The notes below the pieces were generated by a model. That model was not told the DNA's origin, ran no database searches, and saw nothing but the letters and a program-made list of their open reading frames with translations. The position numbers were made by a program, and so were the translations under genes. Below, piece by piece: positions 57,511 through 64,000 of a stretch of 64,000 nt of DNA. Position 1 is the stretch's first letter. Each line of letters begins with the position of its first letter. The DNA is from Planctomycetota bacterium (lineage in GTDB: Bacteria; Planctomycetota; GCA-002687715; CAIWVZ01). The stretch is taken from NCBI GenBank assembly GCA_044222185.1, contig JBGANV010000001.1, positions 1,888,001 to 1,952,000 on the forward strand, read 5' to 3'.

Positions 57511-58051
57511 CGGCAACGTCGCCGGCCGAACGGGTCGGTGCAGGTCGTGCCGAGGCGAGCGCCCGTGCGTGCCGCCGCGCCTCCGGACCGGGCGGAGCAG
57601 CGCCGTTCCGGGAGCCGAGGCCTCCGATGCCGCGGGTACGCCGCCCCGCCCCCGCGCGACCGGGATCCCGGGCCGGGAAGTCCCAGGGTGACACCGCTCG
57701 TCGCGGACCGCGTGTTCCGCGCGCGATCGCCGGGACCGCTCCGCGTCCTTCCCGCGGGCGACGGTCGGAACAGCATGGCTCGTCGGGAGTCGCCGGTGAT
57801 TCCCGCCCCGGCGATGGCATCGCCTGCGGAACGCCGCGACGGATGGCCGACGCGCGTCTTCGCCGGCCGCCGCCCGGCCCCCTGAACGCCACGCCCACCG
57901 GGATCCCCGGCGGGGTCCGTGGCCTCGGAGTCCTCGGCCGCGGGCCGACAGTCATCGTCGCGCGCTCCGGCGCGCGGGGTCATCGGCTCACCGGCGACCG
58001 CAACCGCTGAGACACTTGATCAACGGCACCGCGAACCCTACTCTCGGCCCC

Positions 58052-58504
58052 GTGTCGACGCCGCGCCCCATTCAGATCCGCCGCCCGTTCGTCGAGTCGT
58101 CGGCGTTCCGGCTTCTTTGCGCGCTGGCCTACCTTCACGCGGCTTTCGTCGGGCCGCTGATCGTGATTTGCAGCGACGCCGACGGCGAGGTCCATGCGGA
58201 GTTCATCGGGGCTTCGTCGTGCGCGTTGTCACACGGCTCCGCGACCCAGTCCTGCGACGACAGGCTGATGGTGAACGATGGCTCGACGGAGCATGACGCC
58301 TGCGGCTCGTGCCACGACGTTTCCCTCGCGCCACCCGCGGGAATGAAGGCGTCCTCGCTCGCCGTGCTCGCGGCGCTCCCGCCACGGTTCGCCTCGCCAT
58401 TTCCGCCGCCGCGGACGGAGACCCACGTCCTCCGTGAGTCCCGAACCCGGCCCGACGCCACGCCGACGCTCGAGGCCAACGTAGCGAGCGTGATGAACTG
58501 CTGA
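58052..58504 (+). CDS. Small Cys/His-rich protein upstream of a metal-efflux operon (CzcI/DUF2946-like)
   Basis: Hydrophobic N-terminus, VICSDADGEVHAE, HDACGSCHD. Position directly before czcC is typical of this class. Start uncertain. Confidence 0.55.
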   Translation: MSTPRPIQIRRPFVESSAFRLLCALAYLHAAFVGPLIVICSDADGEVHAEFIGASSCALSHGSATQSCDDRLMVNDGSTEHDACGSCHDVSLAPPAGMKASSLAVLAALPPRFASPFPPPRTETHVLRESRTRPDATPTLEANVASVMNC

Positions 58505-58614
58505 GCGCTCGACGCTCCTCCGGCACCGCCGGCATCCGCTCGAAACCTCCCTCCCACTGATCGACGCCTCCTGGCGCGATCACGTGGATTCCTCGTGCGT
58601 TCCGAGACTCCCCC

Positions 58615-60012
58615 ATGTCCTCACGACCTCCACGTCGGCGAGTGGCGCGCGCCCACCGCTACATCCCGGTCGCGTGTCTCGCGGTCGCCGCGCTCGCCGG
58701 CTGCGGAACCGTCGACCCGTCCGCCGACTACGCCCGTACGTCGGACCTCGTTTCCCGTGCGACCGGCAGCTCGTCGCTCTGGCGGCCCGACGCCGCAGTC
58801 AGCGAGGACGAGATCCGTGCGCGCGCCGCTTCCGCCGCCGCCGACGGACTGACGCTCGCGGAAGCCGTCGACGTTGCGCTGATGAGCAACCGTGCCGTCC
58901 GCGCCGGGTTGTACGACGTCGCGATCGCGAGAGCGGACCTCGTGCAGGCGGGGCTGTGGTCGAACCCATCTTTCGGGATCTCGTTTCGCGCCGCCACCGC
59001 TGGAGGCCCCGGAACGCTGGACGTCTCGCTGCTGAAGTCCCTGACGGACCTCTGGCATGCGCCGATCCGAAGCCGTGAGGCGCGCGCGGCGCTCGACAAG
59101 ACGATCCTCGGTGTCGCCGCATCGATTGCCGACACTGCTGCCGAAGTCCAACGGGCCTTCATCGAGGCCCGAACGGCGCACGAGCAGGCGACGCTCGCGG
59201 TCGAGGCCTGCACGCTCGTAGACCAGCTGCTCACCCTCGCCCGAGAGCGGGCTGCAGCCGGCGCGGGCACGGATCTGGACGTCAACTCGGCCGCGGCCGA
59301 GGCGTCGGACCTGAAAGTTCTCCAGCTTCGCGCACGACTCGACTTCGAGGAGGCGCGCCACGCGCTCGCCCGACTCCTCGCGAGCCGCATCGACTTGACG
59401 ACCGTCGAACTCGCCGACCTCCCACGGTCACGCTTCGACCCGGGCGACGTTGGGGAACTCGTGACTCGCGCCCGTTCGCGCCGACTGGAGCTCCTCGCGG
59501 CGGACGCAGCGGTCGACGAGGCCCGCGCCGCTCTCGCACGAGAGGATGCGGACGCGTGGAAGGTCGTCGACGCGGGAGTCGACGTCGAACGGAGCGACGC
59601 CACCGAGGTGGGGCCTGCATTCGAGATCGAGATCCCGATCTTCGATCAGAACCAGGCGCGGATCGCGCGAGCGACGTTCGTGCTTCGTCAGGCCGAGGAA
59701 CGTCTGGCCCACGGCCTCGACGCCGCCGCGTTGGAAATCCAGGACGGCATCTCCCGCCTCCGCGCCGCACGCGCGCTGCGGGCCCACTACGAATCTCAGG
59801 TGATCGCGGACCGCTCACGCGGTCTCGACCTCGCGCGCGAGTCGTTCCGCGCCGGGAAGACCGCGTTCCTCTCCGTGCTCGAGGCGGAACGCCGCCTCGT
59901 CGCCGCCCGCGCAGGCCTCGTGGACGCCGCGCGGATCGAGGCCCGCAGCCTCGTCGACCTCGAACACGCGATCGGTGAGCCCGTCGCAGCTCGCGCGGAG
60001 TCTCGCCCGTGA
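58615..60012 (+). CDS. czcC: Heavy-metal RND efflux outer-membrane factor (CzcC-like TolC)
   Basis: Lipobox LAGC, ADLVQAGLWSNP, IPIFDQNQARI, AFLSVLEAER. Confidence 0.82.
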   Translation: MSSRPPRRRVARAHRYIPVACLAVAALAGCGTVDPSADYARTSDLVSRATGSSSLWRPDAAVSEDEIRARAASAAADGLTLAEAVDVALMSNRAVRAGLYDVAIARADLVQAGLWSNPSFGISFRAATAGGPGTLDVSLLKSLTDLWHAPIRSREARAALDKTILGVAASIADTAAEVQRAFIEARTAHEQATLAVEACTLVDQLLTLARERAAAGAGTDLDVNSAAAEASDLKVLQLRARLDFEEARHALARLLASRIDLTTVELADLPRSRFDPGDVGELVTRARSRRLELLAADAAVDEARAALAREDADAWKVVDAGVDVERSDATEVGPAFEIEIPIFDQNQARIARATFVLRQAEERLAHGLDAAALEIQDGISRLRAARALRAHYESQVIADRSRGLDLARESFRAGKTAFLSVLEAERRLVAARAGLVDAARIEARSLVDLEHAIGEPVAARAESRP

Positions 60013-60073
60013 CCGCGCCCGTGACCGCGCGTCACCGAAACCAGCTCAACCCGCTCGACGACCGGAGCTCGCA

Positions 60074-61582
60074 ATGACCGCCATCCGATCCACCGCCGCC
60101 GTGACCATCGCCGTTCTGCTCGGTGCCGCACTCGGCGGAGTCGCCACGTGGTCGTTCCTGGGCCATGGTCATGACGAGTCTCACGCGCACGGGGAAACCG
60201 ACGTCGAACATGACCTCGACGGCCACGACCACGGCGAACCGGGCACGGTCCGCATTCTCGCTCGAACCCTCGATGCTCTCGGCGTGAAGACGGCAGCGCC
60301 GCGAAAGGGACGCCTCCCCGACGGCTCCCGGTTGCCAGGCGAGGTGGCGTTCGCCCCATCCCGCGTCGCGCACGTGGCCCCGGTGATCACCGGCACGGCG
60401 CGCGAGGTCCTCGTCGGGCTCGGCGACCGGGTCGCGGCGGGACAGGCGCTCGCCGTGATCGAAAGCCCGGAGTTCGGACAGGCGAAGAGTGACTACCTGG
60501 ACAAGTTCCAAAGCCGGCTTCTGGCGCAATCGGACGCGGAGCGCGCGGCGACGGTCCACGGAAACACCTCGAAGCTGCTCGCCGTGCTCGCGACCGATCC
60601 TGCGGCAGCGAACCTCGAGCGGGACACGCTCGACCTGAAGGTCGGCGAGAACAAGGCCAGACTCCTGCAAACGTACGGTGTGCGCGCCGCTGCCCGGACG
60701 TCGCGGGATCGGACGCGCGATCTCCTGGCGAAACGAATCGCGAGCGACCAGGATTACCTGGACGCGCAGCGAGCCCTGGAATCCGCCGAGGCCGATTACC
60801 GTGGCGCTGTCGAGAGCGTCACGTTCGCGTCCGAGTCGGCGCAGGTCGCGGCTCAAACCCGGCTCCACATCGCGGACGCCGCGCTCCGCGCCGCCGAGCG
60901 GCATCTGCACATCCTCGGTCTGAACGAGGAGCAGGTGCAGAAGCTCTCCACGGGAGGCGACCCCGCCCTCTCGCGGTACGAGCTGCGTGCGCCGATCGCG
61001 GGAACGGTCGTGGCGCAGCATCTGACGGTCGGCGAGCGGATCACGCCCGACCAACCTCCGATCACGGTTGCCGACGCGTCGATCGTCTGGATCACGGCGC
61101 GCGCGTTCGAGCACGATCTGCGTCTGGCCCGGAAGGACGCGGCCGTCGAAGCGACATTGACGGCGTTTCCAGGGCGCCGGTTCCGAGGAGTCGTGCGGGC
61201 CGTTGGCGGGATCCTGGATCCCCGGACCCGTACCGCCGAAGTGCAGGTCGAAGTGGAGAACGCCGACGCCGCGCTGCGTCCCGGAATGTTTGGAACGGTC
61301 ATGCTGACGGCCTCCGAGGAAACGACCCCGGCCGACCTGCTGCCGGAAGCCGCCGTGCAAGACGTCGGTGGCCGCAAGGTCGTCTTCGTCTTGCGCAACG
61401 ATGCGCCTCCGGACGGCGAGCGGGTGTTTGCGGCCGTGCCGGTCGTGGTGGGGCGTCGGTGGGGCGGTGACGTCGAGGTTCTGTCGGGCCTCGAGGGCGT
61501 CATGCAGGTCGCCGTGGCCGGGACCTTCGTGCTCAAGGCGGAGCTCGGCAAGGCCGAAGCCGCCGAATCTCACGATCACTGA
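60074..61582 (+). CDS. czcB: Heavy-metal RND periplasmic adaptor (CzcB-like) with His-rich N-terminus
   Basis: HGHDESHAHGE...HDHGE, LRAPIAGTVV, LDPRTRT, LRPGMF, GTFVLKAELGK, C-terminal HDH. Confidence 0.85.
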   Translation: MTAIRSTAAVTIAVLLGAALGGVATWSFLGHGHDESHAHGETDVEHDLDGHDHGEPGTVRILARTLDALGVKTAAPRKGRLPDGSRLPGEVAFAPSRVAHVAPVITGTAREVLVGLGDRVAAGQALAVIESPEFGQAKSDYLDKFQSRLLAQSDAERAATVHGNTSKLLAVLATDPAAANLERDTLDLKVGENKARLLQTYGVRAAARTSRDRTRDLLAKRIASDQDYLDAQRALESAEADYRGAVESVTFASESAQVAAQTRLHIADAALRAAERHLHILGLNEEQVQKLSTGGDPALSRYELRAPIAGTVVAQHLTVGERITPDQPPITVADASIVWITARAFEHDLRLARKDAAVEATLTAFPGRRFRGVVRAVGGILDPRTRTAEVQVEVENADAALRPGMFGTVMLTASEETTPADLLPEAAVQDVGGRKVVFVLRNDAPPDGERVFAAVPVVVGRRWGGDVEVLSGLEGVMQVAVAGTFVLKAELGKAEAAESHDH

Positions 61583-61603
61583 TCGCGTCCACGGAGTCCA
61601 CCC

Positions 61604-64000
61604 ATGCTCTCCAGCATCCTCGAAGTCTCGGTTCGTCGTCGCACGGTCGTCGTCGCCGTCGTCGCGGGCTTGGCCGTGATCGGAGCCGCGAGCCTTCGCA
61701 GTCTCTCGATCGACGCCGTCCCGGACATCACGAACAACCAGGTCCAGATCAACACGCTCGCCCCGTCGCTCTCGCCGAACGAGGTCGAGAAGCAGGTGAC
61801 GTTCCCCGTCGAGACGGCGCTCGCCGGCATCCCGGGACTCGAGCACACCCGGTCGCTCTCCCGCAACGGCTTCTCGCAGGTGACCGCCGTCTTCACGGAT
61901 TCGACGGACATCTACTTCGCGCGCCAGCAAGTCAACGAGCGATTGATCGAGGTACGCGAGTCGCTCCCCGCCGACGCGGAGCCCCACATGGGCGCGATCT
62001 CGACGGGACTCGGCGAGATCTACATGTGGACGGTCGGATTCGACCACCCCGACGGCGAGGGCGCGATGGTGGTGGACGGCAAGCCGGGCTGGCAGTCCGA
62101 CGGGTCATACCTGACGCCGGAGCGCGAGTCGCTTCGAGGCGCGACGGCGCAGGCCGCGTACCTCCGCACCGTGCAGGACTGGATCATCCGCCCACAGCTG
62201 AAGGGATTGCCTGGAATCGCCGGCATCGACGCCATCGGAGGCTTCGCGAAGCAGTATCACGTCCAGCCGGATCCGCTGAAACTCATGTCGTTCGGCATCA
62301 CCTTCGACGCGATCATTCATGCGCTCGAGCGGAACAACGTGAGCACAGGTGCGGGCTACGTGGAACATCACGGCGAGTCCTACGTCGTCCGCGCGGCAGG
62401 CCGGCTCACTCACCCAGAGGAGATCGGCGCGATCGTCGTGGGCGAGTCACACGGTGCGCCGATCCGGATCCGCGACGTGGCGTCGACGACGATCGGCCGC
62501 GAGCTGCGCACGGGAGCCGCTGGCGAGAACGGCCGCGAAGTGGTGGTCGGCACGGCCCTCATGCTGATCGGCGCGAACAGCCGCGAAGTCTCCGATCTCG
62601 TCGATCGGAAGTTCCCGGAGATCCGGCGGAGCCTTCCCCCCGACGTCCACGCGAAGACGGTCCTCAACCGGACGCGCCTGGTCGACACGACCATCGAAAC
62701 CGTGAAGACGAACCTCTTCGAGGGCGCGGTGCTCGTCGTCGCCGTCCTCCTGGCGATGCTCGGGAATCTCCGCGCGGCACTCATCTGCGCTGCCGCAATC
62801 CCGCTCTCCATGCTCATCACCGCGACGTGCATGGTGAAGGCGCGACTGAGCGGAAACCTGATGTCGCTCGGCGCGCTCGATTTCGGCCTGATCGTGGACG
62901 GTGCCGTCATCATCGTCGAGAACTGCATCCGCCGGCTCGGCGAGGCGCAGCACCGCCTCGGGCGGCTCCTGACGCTGCGCGAGCGTCTCGGCGAGGTCAC
63001 GTCGGCAGCGCGCGAGATGGCGCGCCCGTCGGCATTCGGCCAGGCGATCATCATCACCGTCTATCTGCCGATCCTCACGCTCTCCGGCATCGAGGGGAAG
63101 ATGTTCCGCCCCATGGCCGAGACGGTGATCATCGCGCTCGTCGCCGCGTTCGCCCTGTCACTCACGTTCGTACCCGCGATGACTGCGATCCTCGTCCGTG
63201 GTCCCGTGTCCGAGCGCGAGAACGCCATCGTGCGCGGCGTGAAGGCGCTGTACCGGCCGACCCTCACGACGGCGCTTCGATTCCGCGGGCTGACGGTCGT
63301 CATGGCTGCAGCCGGGCTCCTCACGGCGGCGGGCCTCTTCACGCGTTTGGGATCCGAGTTCGTTCCGACGCTCGACGAAAGCGACATCGCCATGCACGCC
63401 ATGCGCGTCCCGAGCACGTCGCTGACGCAGTCCGTCGCGATGCAGGCGAGCGTCGAACGTGCATTGGCCTCGCTGGAGGAAGTCGCGTTCGTCTTCTCGA
63501 AGACGGGAACGGCCGAGATGGCGTCCGACCCCATGCCCCAGAACGTCTCGGACACGTTCATCATGCTGAAGCCGCGCGACCGCTGGCCCGACCCGAGGCT
63601 GCCGAAGGCGGAACTCATCGCTCGCATGGCGGAGACGATCGAGCTTCATGCGCCGGGGAACGCGCTGGAGTTCACGCAGCCGATCCAGATGCGATTCAAC
63701 GAGCTGATCGCCGGCGTGCGCAGCGACGTGGCCGTGAGCGTGTTCGGCGACGAGTTCGAATCGATCGGCAACGCGGCAACCGCGATCGCCCGGGTGCTGC
63801 GCGGCGTCCCCGGGGCCGCCGACGTGAAGGTCGAGCAGTCGGAGGGCCTGCCCGCCGTGAGCATCGACGTCGACCGCGAGGCGGCAGGGCGGCTCGGTCT
63901 GAACGTCGCCGACGTCCACGACGCCGTCGCGATCGCCATCGGCGGGCGGACGGCGGGGCAGATCTTCGAGGGCGACCGTCGGTTCGACATCGTCGTGCGA
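61604..64000 (+). CDS. czcA: CzcA/CusA family heavy-metal RND pump (partial, runs off right edge)
   Basis: Manual translation: MLSSILEVS..., IDAVPDITNNQVQINT, VEKQVTFPVE, LGEIY, NLMSLGALDFGLIVDGAVIIVEN, EGKMFRPMA, QPIQMRFNELIAG. Confidence 0.93.
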   Translation, partial: MLSSILEVSVRRRTVVVAVVAGLAVIGAASLRSLSIDAVPDITNNQVQINTLAPSLSPNEVEKQVTFPVETALAGIPGLEHTRSLSRNGFSQVTAVFTDSTDIYFARQQVNERLIEVRESLPADAEPHMGAISTGLGEIYMWTVGFDHPDGEGAMVVDGKPGWQSDGSYLTPERESLRGATAQAAYLRTVQDWIIRPQLKGLPGIAGIDAIGGFAKQYHVQPDPLKLMSFGITFDAIIHALERNNVSTGAGYVEHHGESYVVRAAGRLTHPEEIGAIVVGESHGAPIRIRDVASTTIGRELRTGAAGENGREVVVGTALMLIGANSREVSDLVDRKFPEIRRSLPPDVHAKTVLNRTRLVDTTIETVKTNLFEGAVLVVAVLLAMLGNLRAALICAAAIPLSMLITATCMVKARLSGNLMSLGALDFGLIVDGAVIIVENCIRRLGEAQHRLGRLLTLRERLGEVTSAAREMARPSAFGQAIIITVYLPILTLSGIEGKMFRPMAETVIIALVAAFALSLTFVPAMTAILVRGPVSERENAIVRGVKALYRPTLTTALRFRGLTVVMAAAGLLTAAGLFTRLGSEFVPTLDESDIAMHAMRVPSTSLTQSVAMQASVERALASLEEVAFVFSKTGTAEMASDPMPQNVSDTFIMLKPRDRWPDPRLPKAELIARMAETIELHAPGNALEFTQPIQMRFNELIAGVRSDVAVSVFGDEFESIGNAATAIARVLRGVPGAADVKVEQSEGLPAVSIDVDREAAGRLGLNVADVHDAVAIAIGGRTAGQIFEGDRRFDIVVR

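Overview
GC-rich (about 70% by eye) bacterial chromosomal window, densely coding, most consistent with Planctomycetota (inferred from an ECF sigma-TM-carboxypeptidase-like fusion, mcsA-mcsB-clpC without ctsR, and DUF3352/YdjY/PEGA-type proteins). It is mostly housekeeping: nadA, thiD, tdk, purB, rluB-like, manA, recN, rsmD, pdxJ, nnrD, two tRNA-Ser, mcsAB-clpC, queA, ligA, thiE, a MacAB-TolC pump, groES-groEL and a CzcCBA-type pump running off the right end. I saw no transposase, integrase, CRISPR array or rRNA. The standout is a c-di-GMP signalling locus at about 14.8-24.3 kb. A canonical c-di-GMP-I (GEMM) riboswitch, invisible in the ORF track, lies in the 5' leader of an orphan FliA/WhiG (sigma-28) gene, and its translational OFF expression platform can be read from the sequence. 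Nearby are a catalytically degenerate REC-GGDEF protein that keeps its RxxD I-site, an RxxxR-bearing DUF5658-like membrane protein, an FHA protein, a mini-Skp, a short lipo-secretin and GspK. Other signals: a sigma-54-like promoter with repeated TGnCA-N3-TGnCA boxes (no CIRCE) upstream of groES, an internal SD+GTG inside the ECF fusion gene, a structured tRNA-like element downstream of clpC, and recurrent (E/D/A)SRP motifs in exported proteins. All calls are from reading the sequence; no searches were run.
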